From contig JBFHIG010000001.1 of NCBI GenBank assembly GCA_041596615.1, forward strand, positions 5,262 through 69,261: 64,000 bases of DNA, given 5' to 3'. This DNA is from Candidatus Moraniibacteriota bacterium. GTDB lineage: Bacteria; Patescibacteriota; Minisyncoccia; Moranbacterales; DUUL01. This document shows positions 54,759 through 63,858 of the stretch, piece by piece. Numbering within the stretch: the first letter of the stretch is position 1; every line of letters begins with the position of its first letter. The notes beneath the pieces are model-generated. The model was not told where the DNA came from. It did not search any database and was given only the letters and a program-made list of their open reading frames with translations. The position numbers and the translations under genes are program-made.

Positions 54759-55112
54759 ATGAGAAAGGCTAAAGAAACGACGATAGGAAACGGAATGGCA
54801 ATTTTTCTTTACATCATGATTTTGGTCATTGCAATTGTTGCAGGAAGACCAGTTTTGGGTCATTGTGAAGAAACCAATCAGGGGCAGCGGTTTATCATCC
54901 GCTACCACGTCGAGAAAACCCAGGAGGTTAAAATTGACCAAGGGAATGTGAAAATGTCCTCCAGTTCTCGTATTGAGAATAAGTGGGCGGAGATAGGCTT
55001 TTATAAAGACAAGGCCACTGCCAAAAAAGTTGGAGAAGAAAGAATGAAAAAGTTACATCCCAAAGACGGATCAACAAAAACATCTGTAACAGTAATTCCT
55101 TATGGGGAATAA
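54759..55112 (+). CDS. Small signal-anchored protein, cassette family member 3
   Basis: MRKAKETTIGNGMAIF...IVAGRPVLGHCEE...DQGNVKM...KKVGEERMKKLHPKDG...VIPYGE. Confidence 0.6.
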   Translation: MRKAKETTIGNGMAIFLYIMILVIAIVAGRPVLGHCEETNQGQRFIIRYHVEKTQEVKIDQGNVKMSSSSRIENKWAEIGFYKDKATAKKVGEERMKKLHPKDGSTKTSVTVIPYGE

Positions 55113-55132
55113 CTGTAGAGCAAATGCTCTGG

Positions 55133-55169
55133 AAATCTGCCAAATGCAAATTGTGTTTGGCGGATTTTT
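55133..55169 (+). terminator. Cassette-family terminator, copy d
   Basis: AAATCTGCCAAA / TTTGGCGGATTT stem (one G:U), loop TGCAAATTGTG, then TTTTT. Confidence 0.65.
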
Positions 55170-55265
55170 ACGTGTGGAGGCTTTCTAATAACTCTTATCT
55201 GGCTAGTAATAATGCTCAAAAATTGCTATAATATAAGTAGATTTAAGCATTAAAAACCAAACATT

Positions 55266-55475
55266 ATGAAAAAGAACATGGGCTCAGCCGACAGAGCCAT
55301 TCGAACGGTGCTGGCAATCATTTTCGTGATACTTTATTTTGCTGGAGTTGTTTCTGGAGCTTTCGGAATCGTTTTACTCATATTGGCCATGGTATTTGTT
55401 TTGACAAGCATGGTTAGTTTCTGTCCGTTATATACACTTTTGGGCATCTCGACATGTCCAGTTGAAAAGAAATAG
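55266..55475 (+). CDS. DUF2892 (YgaP-like) small membrane protein
   Basis: GSADRAIRTVLAI..., two TM spans and a C-terminal FCPLYTLLGISTC motif. Confidence 0.7.
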   Translation: MKKNMGSADRAIRTVLAIIFVILYFAGVVSGAFGIVLLILAMVFVLTSMVSFCPLYTLLGISTCPVEKK

Positions 55476-55511
55476 TCAGAAGATATTGGGTAATATCGCC
55501 GAAATATTTTG

Positions 55512-55527
55512 GCGCTGGAGCGGGCTT
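55512..55527. repeat. Solo type-A REP half-site
   Basis: GCGCTGGAGCGGGCTT is identical to the left half of the type-A hairpins, with no matching right arm. Confidence 0.5.
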
Positions 55528-55584
55528 GACCACCAGTGTTGGCTCAAGGAGATGGTAGTTTTAAATTAATAGGAAATTTTATTT

Positions 55585-56334
55585 ATGAGTAGAGTTATTG
55601 CTATCTCAATTGTGGTATTTTGCATTCTAATTTTATGGGAGTTGATTTTCCCTAAAAGGAAATTTTCAACAAGCGTAAAAATTAAGTCATATTTGACTGA
55701 CGGGCTTATTATTGTTAGCAATAATTTCTTGTTTTTTATTTTTTCGATAGGAAGCTTATATTATATTCTGGAAAAATTTTTCAGCTTGCATATACTTTCC
55801 GGTCTTGATTTTAGTAATATTTTTATTTTTCTCGGAATGATAGTGTTTCTGGATCTTTTGGTTTATTTCTGGCACTTACTCAACCATAAAATTTCTTTTC
55901 TTTGGATGTTTCACAAGGCACATCACACTGAGGTTTATTTAAACGCGATGAGTGGTTTGAGGTTTCATGTTGGTGAGTTATTGTTATCAGTCATATTCAA
56001 ATCTTTATTACTAGTGGTTGTCTTTGGAATACCAATTGATATAATATTAATCAGTGAGAGTTTGGTGATTTTGTTTTCAATGTTTCATCACACGAACATT
56101 GCCTTTAGAGGAGAAGAGATGCTTTCAAAGCTGATAATTGTTCCGTATTTACACCAGACACATCATTCCATCGACAGGGCAGACCACGACAATAACTACG
56201 GAGTGGTTTTCTCTTTTTGGGACAGAATGTTTGGAACGCTTCTCGATAAGGAGAACAAACAAATTGGTCTTGGAAATATTAAATTTCAAAATTTCATTAA
56301 ATTCCTAAAGTTCGGTTTTAAATATAAATATTAA
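55585..56334 (+). CDS. Fatty-acid hydroxylase / sterol desaturase family membrane protein
   Basis: Histidine boxes HLLNHK, HKAHHT and HQTHHS, with 4 or more TM spans. Confidence 0.75.
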   Translation: MSRVIAISIVVFCILILWELIFPKRKFSTSVKIKSYLTDGLIIVSNNFLFFIFSIGSLYYILEKFFSLHILSGLDFSNIFIFLGMIVFLDLLVYFWHLLNHKISFLWMFHKAHHTEVYLNAMSGLRFHVGELLLSVIFKSLLLVVVFGIPIDIILISESLVILFSMFHHTNIAFRGEEMLSKLIIVPYLHQTHHSIDRADHDNNYGVVFSFWDRMFGTLLDKENKQIGLGNIKFQNFIKFLKFGFKYKY

Positions 56335-56344
56335 AATTACTGTT

Positions 56345-56608
56345 ATGAAAAATAATAAAGTTTGCCAAAGCTGTGGAATGCCCATAAGTAAGGATCCTCA
56401 AAAAGGAGGGACCGAAATCGATGGAACAAAAAATATTAAGTATTGTTCATATTGCTACCAGGAAGGCGAGTTCACTAGTCCAGAAATTGATACGCCACAA
56501 AAGATGCAAACATTTTGCATTGAGAAAATGAAAGAGCAAAAAATACCAAAATTTGTGGCATGGATATTGACACGTAGGATCCCAACGCTGGAGCGGTGGA
56601 GGAAATAA
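56345..56608 (+). CDS. Zinc-ribbon domain protein
   Basis: CQSCGMP...YCSYCY Cys4 pattern, as in the putative zinc ribbon family. Confidence 0.6.
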   Translation: MKNNKVCQSCGMPISKDPQKGGTEIDGTKNIKYCSYCYQEGEFTSPEIDTPQKMQTFCIEKMKEQKIPKFVAWILTRRIPTLERWRK

Positions 56609-56696
56609 AGTGGCCGTTCAAGAGAAATGCAAAAAAGTTAATTTTTTAAGAATTTTTCCTGAGGCCATATAAATTTTAATAGTAATCTAAAAAAAT

Positions 56697-57695
56697 ATGA
56701 AAATAGCCATAGAAGAGGCTAAAAAAATATCAAATGATATACTCAAAGCAGCCGGTCTTTCTTTGGATGAGGCAATGTTAACGACGGAAAATTTGATAGA
56801 AGCAGAATTGGCTGGAAAAAAGACACATGGACTACTGAGACTCATTAGCTTTAAAAATCAAACTGATGATTATACTATAAATAGTGATAATCAAGGTCTT
56901 GATATAATAAGTCAAACTGCCAATTCCCTTTATATAAATGGTCATCGAAAACTTGGTACACCTATTATATATAAATCACTTGAAATAGCTTTTGATAAAA
57001 TCAAAGAATCGAAAGTTGTTTGTGTGGGATTAAAGGATATTCAAGTTTCAGGTTATATAGGTGATTACGCTAGAAAAGCTACTGAGAAAAACTTGATATT
57101 TATTGGTTTTCATAATTCGCCGGGTGGACTTGTACCTTACGGGACAATTCAAGAGATGTGGGGAACAAATCCTTTTACAGTCGGTATTCCGACGGAAGGC
57201 GCTCCTGTAATTTTGGATATGGCCTCATCCCAGATTACATGGGGGGATCTTTTAATTTCAAAAAACGAAGGGAAGCAAATCAAGCCAGGTATGGCCATAG
57301 ACAGCTCTGGAGAGATAACAACTGATCCTTCTGAAGTAATGGACGGGGGTGGTCTATTGCCGTTCTTCGGGCATAAAGGCTCAGGGCTTGCATTTGTTAT
57401 TGAACTTTTGGGAGGAGCGCTTACAGGTTCGGGGGTGGGTAATAGTATTCCTGGAGGCTGGGGATCTTTTTATATCATCATTGACCCAACAATGTTCAGG
57501 CCTCTGAATGATTTTAAGAATGATATCGGCACTGCAATTAAGGAGCTTAAAAATGCTCCTAGGGAGAATGGTTTTAAGGAAATATTTTTTGCAGGGGAGC
57601 AATCTAACAACTCCAGAGAAAGACATTTGTCCGAGGAATCACTTGAGATAACTGAAAATTTATATAAAGCATTGATGGAAATTGAACAGTCTTAA
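56697..57695 (+). CDS. Ldh_2 family malate / L-lactate / sulfolactate dehydrogenase
   Basis: GKKTHGLLRL, WGTNPFTVGIP and FGHKGSGLAFVIELLGGALTG. Confidence 0.8.
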   Translation: MKIAIEEAKKISNDILKAAGLSLDEAMLTTENLIEAELAGKKTHGLLRLISFKNQTDDYTINSDNQGLDIISQTANSLYINGHRKLGTPIIYKSLEIAFDKIKESKVVCVGLKDIQVSGYIGDYARKATEKNLIFIGFHNSPGGLVPYGTIQEMWGTNPFTVGIPTEGAPVILDMASSQITWGDLLISKNEGKQIKPGMAIDSSGEITTDPSEVMDGGGLLPFFGHKGSGLAFVIELLGGALTGSGVGNSIPGGWGSFYIIIDPTMFRPLNDFKNDIGTAIKELKNAPRENGFKEIFFAGEQSNNSRERHLSEESLEITENLYKALMEIEQS

Positions 57696-57815
57696 TGGTA
57701 AAAGCACTTTGCTTAATAGAGGGTGTGTAATAAGAAACTCAAAAATCTTCTGCCAGAGTTTTTATTTCTTTCTAAAATATAAAAACACCAACAAAGAAAT
57801 TTCTTCTCGGTGCTT

Positions 57816-58214
57816 TCATTCAACAACTTCATAATGTATGATGGCATCTTCTTTTATAGTTCGATATCCCAAAAGTATAAAAGGACTTTTTTTGGCAACC
57901 AATTCCAATTCATCCAAAGAAATAGCACATTTTGGAGATGTTTCTCGTGCCTTATCGCAAAGCCATAATTTGCAAGCTAGGGATTTTTCTTTGCAACCCT
58001 TTTTTCTTGAGAGAAATTCGCAGTCATTGCAACAGTGCCAGCCTCGCAAACATATTCCGTTTTTAAAATTACAAGGATTGTACTTTTTAAGTATCTCATC
58101 AGCTCGTTTGCATAGTTGGTTGTAAGTTGTCAACATTTCTTCCAATTCGCGGAGTGTTATTTTTGGTCGCAAAGGATTGTGAAAATAACGCTTTCTCTTA
58201 TTTTTTAGCTTCAT
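57816..58214 (-). CDS. Cysteine-rich hypothetical protein
   Basis: 132 aa with 11 Cys, eight of them clustered in CNFKNGICLRGWHCCNDCEFLSRKKGCKEKSLACKLWLC. Confidence 0.45.
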   Translation of the reverse strand: MKLKNKRKRYFHNPLRPKITLRELEEMLTTYNQLCKRADEILKKYNPCNFKNGICLRGWHCCNDCEFLSRKKGCKEKSLACKLWLCDKARETSPKCAISLDELELVAKKSPFILLGYRTIKEDAIIHYEVVE

Positions 58215-58335
58215 AACATAGCTCCCAAGGATGATTTTGAAATAATTGGTTTAATGTGCTAGCTATTTCTTAACATAGATTGTTGAGAAATTCAAGTTCT
58301 TGTATCTCGAATCCATTTTGGCGCAAAAAAGAAAG

Positions 58336-58365
58336 AACTCTGTGATAAAAATTAATCACAGAGTT
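58336..58365 (-). terminator. Terminator after ORF 58391..58972
   Basis: AACTCTGTGAT / ATCACAGAGTT perfect 11-bp stem with an 8-nt loop. A T-rich run follows on the minus strand. Confidence 0.6.
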
Positions 58366-58390
58366 CCTGTTTTTTTGTGAGAGAGGGGGA

Positions 58391-58972
58391 TTATCCCTCG
58401 TTATTTTTAGTATCTTTCTCGAGATTTTCTTCTGGTGGGTAGAGTCTTGCACGGACCGATGCCAAAGCATTGGAGCAGGCAATAAGTCTTCTGCCTACGC
58501 CATCAACATCAATGGATAATTGACGGAAGCTTTGGTAGCTCCTTTTGCAAGAAGTATATTTCTTTAGAAGAATTTCAACATCTGCCAGTACGCTTTTTGC
58601 TGATGTATATGCACCGTTCAAATTTTTTCCGTTATACGCAACCTTTATTTCTTGTATTATCACCAGAAGTTCCTCGTGAAAAATTAAGGAACGCTTTTTA
58701 GCTAAAGCTCTAGTGTGAATACAACCCAAGGCATAGCCCTCATCATCATCGGGGAATCTTGCAATTGCAATCATGTTGTCGACAATCTCGACCCCTAAAG
58801 AATCGATATCGTCAATGAGAGAAGAAAGAGTTTCTTCCCAAGCTTTTTTAAATCCAAAATACTGATAGGCTATGCACAGCAGCAAAAAGATGACCAAAAA
58901 CCCAAGCACCATCAGCAGTCCGCTGGAACTATCAGCACCAGTAAGCAACTCTATTAATTTATCCATAACCAT
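58391..58972 (-). CDS. Signal-anchored hypothetical protein
   Basis: Start moved to the ATG at 58972, which is preceded by GGAGGAG. One TM (LLMVLGFLVIFLLLCIAY) and a helical C-terminal region. Confidence 0.5.
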   Translation of the reverse strand: MVMDKLIELLTGADSSSGLLMVLGFLVIFLLLCIAYQYFGFKKAWEETLSSLIDDIDSLGVEIVDNMIAIARFPDDDEGYALGCIHTRALAKKRSLIFHEELLVIIQEIKVAYNGKNLNGAYTSAKSVLADVEILLKKYTSCKRSYQSFRQLSIDVDGVGRRLIACSNALASVRARLYPPEENLEKDTKNNEG

Positions 58973-59111
58973 AATTTTCTCCTCCCTGGAGTGTAAGATG
59001 ATAAGAAAAGCCACTAGTTATTATCCCTTCGTAAATAAAAGTACTATATCGCTTCGGGTTAATATACCTTAAAAAACAAATGATGTCAACTGGAAAATTT
59101 GAATTGGGTCC

Positions 59112-59140
59112 AAAAAAGCCATCAATTTTCTTGATGGCTT
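59112..59140 (-). terminator. Terminator after the exonuclease gene
   Basis: AAGCCATCAA / TTGATGGCTT perfect 10-bp stem with a 5-nt loop, followed by TTTTTT on the minus strand. Confidence 0.7.
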
Positions 59141-59164
59141 TCTCATATAGAACTAATTTTATTT

Positions 59165-59878
59165 TTATCCCAAATAATGTTTTAAAGTGTAAAGCCAATC
59201 CTCATCCGTGCCCTCATCTTCTTTGGTTTTTTTGAGCCAGTTCAAATATTGACGATCTTTTTGAACAATGTCTTCGACTTTCACTCCCACATATTTGCCA
59301 AAAGTGAATTTTTTAATCAAAACTGGGTTGTTTGAGATGTCGATCATACGCTGGATGATTTCTTCTTCTGAAGCTTGTGGTGCTTTCTCCTGAGCACTTT
59401 TCAAAAGGTGATTGAAGATTGCCTCCAAGACAATCACATCGCCGTCAGCGCTGTGTGGAGCGACCTCGACTTCAATTTCATAATAATATCTCAAGAATTG
59501 TAGATTGTATTCAGGGATTTCTTGTTCATCATCTAAATAGCGAGCCAAACGCAAGGTACAAATCGATTCTGGAACTTTTATCCCTTCGCTTTGCAACATT
59601 GCAATGTCGAATTTGGCATTGTGGGCGACTAGAATGTTTTTATCCAGAACCTTTTCTAGCTCTTTGGCAAATTTAGTGCCAGCGAAGAGTTCTTCATTTT
59701 CCACCATTTTGTTGGTGATATGGGTGACGCTCATTGCTTTGACTGAAATCGGAACAGTCGGCTTGAAATTTTTCACCTTCATCTTCGCACCTTTTTTATA
59801 GGCCACTTGGCAAAGTCTGTCTTTTTCCAAATCATTTCCAGTAGTTTCAGTATCCAAAAAAATTAATTGTTTTTTCAT
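59165..59878 (-). CDS. DEDD-family 3'-5' exonuclease (DnaQ/ExoX-like) with a C-terminal DUF3820-like tail
   Basis: Exo I FLDTETTG, Exo II VAHNAKFDIAML, Exo III HSADGDV. The tail FGKYVGVKVEDIVQKDRQYLNWL resembles the FGKYKG...YL.WL motif. Confidence 0.75.
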   Translation of the reverse strand: MKKQLIFLDTETTGNDLEKDRLCQVAYKKGAKMKVKNFKPTVPISVKAMSVTHITNKMVENEELFAGTKFAKELEKVLDKNILVAHNAKFDIAMLQSEGIKVPESICTLRLARYLDDEQEIPEYNLQFLRYYYEIEVEVAPHSADGDVIVLEAIFNHLLKSAQEKAPQASEEEIIQRMIDISNNPVLIKKFTFGKYVGVKVEDIVQKDRQYLNWLKKTKEDEGTDEDWLYTLKHYLG

Positions 59879-60049
59879 CTTGAGATTTTATTTTTTAATA
59901 CGGTTGATTTAAGTATACAACAAAAGATGCTTTGACTAAAGTGGAGAAGCTTAATCTATTCGAAAGAGAAGCTTTTTTTGAAAAAATTGACTCAAAATTC
60001 AAATATATGCTAAGATAATCTACTGATAAGATAATCCTATCAAAAAAAT

Positions 60050-61126
60050 ATGATTAAGAAGAAGGAAAATATCGATAAGGCTATGAAAAAATATTATAAA
60101 AAAATTGGTTCAACCTTAAAGAGATGGAATAATATTTTTTGTACAGGGATATCTTGCAAGACAAATGCTAAAAGAGACATTGTTATAATTATTTTTGCCA
60201 TAGGCTTATCCATAATTGCTTTGGGCGCAAATTGGTATTTTTCGAAACAAACAAAATTTGAGAATATGCAGAAGATCGAGGCGGCAAAAAAAATGATTCA
60301 AGAAGCAGTCCGTCAAGACGCATTGGAAAAGTTTGAAGAAGAAAACGCAGGCAGAGTCTTAGCAATTCAAGAAAGATTTGACCCAACTACATGGAAAGAA
60401 TATAAGAGCAACTGGTATGGTTTCAAAATAAAATATCCTCAAGATTGGAAATATCCATTGGTAAACAAAGTAAGGCAGGGCTCTCGAGCAGATTACAGAG
60501 TTTCTTTTCTAAGTAATAGGCAAGACAAGAATTTTATTGGTTTTGATGTGGCAGTTTATGATATAAACAAAATTAAGGAGCTTTCTGCGACCGATGAATT
60601 TCCGAAAATAAAGACCGAGCAATTAAAGGATTCAGAACAGTGCAAGATTATAGAAGGGCACATTATTGAAACGGGAGATTATCCGGCAGAAGAGATCTAT
60701 ATACCTTTGGCAGACGATTGCTATGAAAAAACTTTCTTTTTTAGTGTAGTAAATGGGCAATATATATATAACCTTGCTCCTGTTCTAAGAGCAGGGACTG
60801 AATTTAACGGGGATCCGATGATTGGAGTCAGCGATGATTTGCCTGAATTTTTCTCGGCGATTTCTCAGTTTGAGAATATTGAAATAGTACGACCAAAACC
60901 AAAACCAAAAGCTCCAGCACCACCAAAAATAACAGCTCCTTACCCAGTCTCTTATAAGAAAGATAGTATTGGTAGGTTGATTTGCGCTAAGAAAAACGAC
61001 AAGCCCAGCAAGAGCAAGAAAAACAAAAATAAGCATTTGGATATGGAGTGTTGCTTGGACCCAGATGAATATCCAAACCCACATTGTTACTACCCGGTTG
61101 AAAAATATGGGAAATACTTAAAATAG
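60050..61126 (+). CDS. Signal-anchored hypothetical protein with a Pro/Lys-rich, Cys-containing C-terminus
   Basis: 358 aa with one TM (IVIIIFAIGLSIIALGANWYF). F.IKYPQDW motif. C-terminal KPKPKPKAPAPPK and CCLDPDEYPNPHCYY. Confidence 0.5.
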   Translation: MIKKKENIDKAMKKYYKKIGSTLKRWNNIFCTGISCKTNAKRDIVIIIFAIGLSIIALGANWYFSKQTKFENMQKIEAAKKMIQEAVRQDALEKFEEENAGRVLAIQERFDPTTWKEYKSNWYGFKIKYPQDWKYPLVNKVRQGSRADYRVSFLSNRQDKNFIGFDVAVYDINKIKELSATDEFPKIKTEQLKDSEQCKIIEGHIIETGDYPAEEIYIPLADDCYEKTFFFSVVNGQYIYNLAPVLRAGTEFNGDPMIGVSDDLPEFFSAISQFENIEIVRPKPKPKAPAPPKITAPYPVSYKKDSIGRLICAKKNDKPSKSKKNKNKHLDMECCLDPDEYPNPHCYYPVEKYGKYLK

Positions 61127-61273
61127 GGTTTTGATGAAAATATCTAAAAGTAAAATATGACACAACACTCAAAGAATAATCAGAAACCCTGGTTTGATTT
61201 TTTGCACTCAAAAATGCTATAATACAACATTGCAAAAGCATGAAAACTAAAAAGATAATTCAGAAATATTTAC

Positions 61274-62068
61274 ATGAATATGAAAAAAACTATCATTAGT
61301 TTTAAAAATATCTTCAATTGGAACACCCCAATACTAATTGTGCTTTCAAGTGTTGCGACATATATATGTATAATTTTTTCTTGGGAAATAAATCTTCCAA
61401 TGACCATTATTGGTGTCGCGGTTGTTTTTCCAATTGTATTTTCAATAAGTGGAGCATATAAACGCAGGGAAGTAGCATTGGTTTATTATGGAAACATTAA
61501 GGCACTTTCAAGGATGATGTACTTTGCTTCTCGCGATTGGTTGCGTGATGGTGGGGAAGCCGCAGAAAAGAATAAGGAGGATTTTAAATTCTTTTTGACT
61601 GAAACCTTACGTTGTATCCGAGAACTTTTTTTATCAGAAACGAAAGAAGATCAGAACAAGAAAGAAGAGGAGCTTTATGGAATTTTTTCAAACCTTTCAA
61701 AGACAGTGGAAGGTTTAAGAAACAGGGGTCTTTCCGGGAGCGAGGTATCACGTGTTCATTCTTTTCTTTCCAAGTTGATAATCTCTTTCGAAAGTTTAAA
61801 GCACATATTTCAGTATAGAACCCCAAGAACGCTAAGGACCTATAGTCGTGTTTTTATTTACGTTATTCCGATAATATACGCACCATACTTTGCGTTTATT
61901 GCCGAAGGAAAAGAGCTATCTTTTGCTTTTATTTTGCCTGTTTTGTTCTCCTTGATTTTCACGAGTCTCGATAATATTCAAGAGCATCTTGAAAATCCCT
62001 TTGATCAATTTGGGGAGGACGATATTAAGATTAACGTAAGTAAATTCAAAAAAAACCTTGATTTATAG
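61274..62068 (+). CDS. Bestrophin/UPF0187-like membrane protein (putative ion channel)
   Basis: Four hydrophobic spans, YRTPRTLRTY and C-terminal IQEHLENPFDQFGEDDI resembling R.TP.P..Y and E.PFG..D. From memory of the family, not searched. Confidence 0.5.
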   Translation: MNMKKTIISFKNIFNWNTPILIVLSSVATYICIIFSWEINLPMTIIGVAVVFPIVFSISGAYKRREVALVYYGNIKALSRMMYFASRDWLRDGGEAAEKNKEDFKFFLTETLRCIRELFLSETKEDQNKKEEELYGIFSNLSKTVEGLRNRGLSGSEVSRVHSFLSKLIISFESLKHIFQYRTPRTLRTYSRVFIYVIPIIYAPYFAFIAEGKELSFAFILPVLFSLIFTSLDNIQEHLENPFDQFGEDDIKINVSKFKKNLDL

Positions 62069-62128
62069 AACATATATTTTTCCATGCTATAATTAAGAGG
62101 GGTAAGAATTAAACATTAATAAAATTAT

Positions 62129-62443
62129 ATGATAATCACAACAGGGGAGCAAATTCCTGGAAAGAAAATAACTAAAATATTAGGAATTTCACGTGGTAGC
62201 ACTGTTCGAGCTCGTAATATTGGATTGGATATTTTTGCTGGACTCAAAAACATGGTTGGCGGAGAAATTAGCGAATATACCAAGCTTCAGGCCGATGCTC
62301 GCGAAGAGGCGATGCAGCGCATGGAAAAAGATGCAGAAAAGATGGGTGCTGACGCTGTCATAAACATGAGAATAACAACCTCGATGATTATGCAAGGAGC
62401 ATCTGAGATATTGGTATATGGTACAGCTGTAAAAATAGATTAA
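62129..62443 (+). CDS. YbjQ/UPF0145 family protein
   Basis: ITTGEQIPGKKI...GSTVRARNIGLDIFAGLKNMVGGEISEY...AREEAMQRM...GADAVINMR is typical of YbjQ. Confidence 0.85.
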   Translation: MIITTGEQIPGKKITKILGISRGSTVRARNIGLDIFAGLKNMVGGEISEYTKLQADAREEAMQRMEKDAEKMGADAVINMRITTSMIMQGASEILVYGTAVKID

Positions 62444-62455
62444 TCAATTAATTGT

Positions 62456-62575
62456 ATGTTAGAGCACAGTATTAATTTCTTGTTTTGGATTTTGATTATT
62501 GGAAGTGTTATATATTTGATTTTCAAGAGAATTGAGGACAAGAAGAAGGAAGATTTTGAAGACAGAGATAACTAG
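62456..62575 (+). CDS. Possible 39-aa single-TM peptide
   Basis: Hand translation gives MLEHSINFLFWILIIGSVIYLIFKRIEDKKKEDFEDRDN. Below the ORF-track cutoff and 12 nt after the ybjQ-like stop. Confidence 0.35.
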   Translation: MLEHSINFLFWILIIGSVIYLIFKRIEDKKKEDFEDRDN

Positions 62576-62617
62576 GGTATTTAATCGTGTATGTTTAATT
62601 AAAAAATAAAAATTTTT

Positions 62618-62869
62618 ATGAAGGAAGTAGGGGCACAAATTTTCGATACATTCTCTGAGAAAGAAAAAAAGAAAATGAAAGAAATAGAAGACAAAATTCA
62701 AGAAACTCTTGAAAAGTACGATAAGGAGTATAGCGCATTAGCGAAGGAGTCAGAGAAGCTTTATGAAAAAGAAGCCAAATTAAAAGAAAAATATTCGAAA
62801 CTAAACAAAAAGACTGGTTTAGATGATTTGTATCTTCAGCTTGAAAATTATTTTAATTCTAGACAATAA
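62618..62869 (+). CDS. Coiled-coil hypothetical protein
   Basis: 83 aa, K/E-rich with a heptad-like pattern. Confidence 0.4.
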   Translation: MKEVGAQIFDTFSEKEKKKMKEIEDKIQETLEKYDKEYSALAKESEKLYEKEAKLKEKYSKLNKKTGLDDLYLQLENYFNSRQ

Positions 62870-62899
62870 TTATAGCTATTGAGCATCTTTAGATATTTT

Positions 62900-62931
62900 A
62901 AAAAGCATGTGCCCAGGGCACATGCTTTTTT
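62900..62931. terminator. Bidirectional terminator between convergent genes
   Basis: AGCATGTGC / GCACATGCT 9-bp stem, loop CCAGG, A5 on the left and T6 on the right. Confidence 0.75.
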
Positions 62932-62945
62932 GTTTTGTACAATAG

Positions 62946-63647
62946 TTATTTCTTTGGTACGGAAATCTCCAACGTAAGTCCAACGATATCATCGATTAAA
63001 TTATCTCCCAGATTTTCAAAGAATTTGCCAGAGCCAAAACGAATATCCCAAAGAGTCCTATCAATTTCAAGATCTGCTTTTAGAAAAAGATTTTCATCAT
63101 TTGTTATAGTGGCTGGAAAGTCGATTTCATTCGTGATGCCTTTGATGGTTAAATCTCCAACAATCATGAATTGAGAATTCTCCAAGGGAGTTATCTTCGT
63201 AATAACAAACTCTGAAGTTGGGAATTCCTCTGCTGCAAAGAAATCAGCACTTTTTAAGTGTTTCTCAAGTCGTTCTTTTGATGCCCCGGTCAGATCATCA
63301 TTGACAATAGACTGCATATCAATGGTAAACTCACCACCATGGATTGTTCCTTCCTCCATATTTACAAAACCGTTTACAAACTGGACAGTCCCAATGTGGT
63401 TATTTGTCGTGACTAATGTTTTTTTGGCTGCCCATCTGACTACTGAGTTTGTAAGATCAATCCCAACTTGAGGGACATTCATGCCCTCAACAGGCTCTTT
63501 TTTTTCTATAGGTGTTAGATTTTGCGGGGTAGGTAATTCCCTTTTAAGAACAGCTGCTTCTTGAGTTTTGCTGGTTGTCATAATTCCATAACCAATAAGG
63601 GCTATTACTATGATGGCTATAAGGCCGTAGATAATGTTTTTATTCAT
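62946..63647 (-). CDS. YceI-family (polyisoprenoid-binding) protein, signal-anchored
   Basis: HIGTVQFVNGFV...FTIDMQSIVND...LEKHLKSADFFAAEEFPTSEF...GDLTIKGITNEIDFP. Start set to the ATG at 63647 (MNKNIIYGLIAI), rather than the track start at 63755. Confidence 0.8.
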   Translation of the reverse strand: MNKNIIYGLIAIIVIALIGYGIMTTSKTQEAAVLKRELPTPQNLTPIEKKEPVEGMNVPQVGIDLTNSVVRWAAKKTLVTTNNHIGTVQFVNGFVNMEEGTIHGGEFTIDMQSIVNDDLTGASKERLEKHLKSADFFAAEEFPTSEFVITKITPLENSQFMIVGDLTIKGITNEIDFPATITNDENLFLKADLEIDRTLWDIRFGSGKFFENLGDNLIDDIVGLTLEISVPKK

Positions 63648-63858
63648 TTTTTTTGGAATCTTTCCTTGGGTCAATAAATGACCAGAGGTGAGAAATATTA
63701 ATTTTATTGTGGCTATATTATATACCAAAAAGCTATAATTAGCAACAAAAAACAAATTGTCTTTTGCGAAACCATGATAAGTAGCAAACTATTTATGCTA
63801 TAATACTAACAATCTTTAAAATGAGAACTGGAAAAAATAAAAATTTAAAACTAACCCA

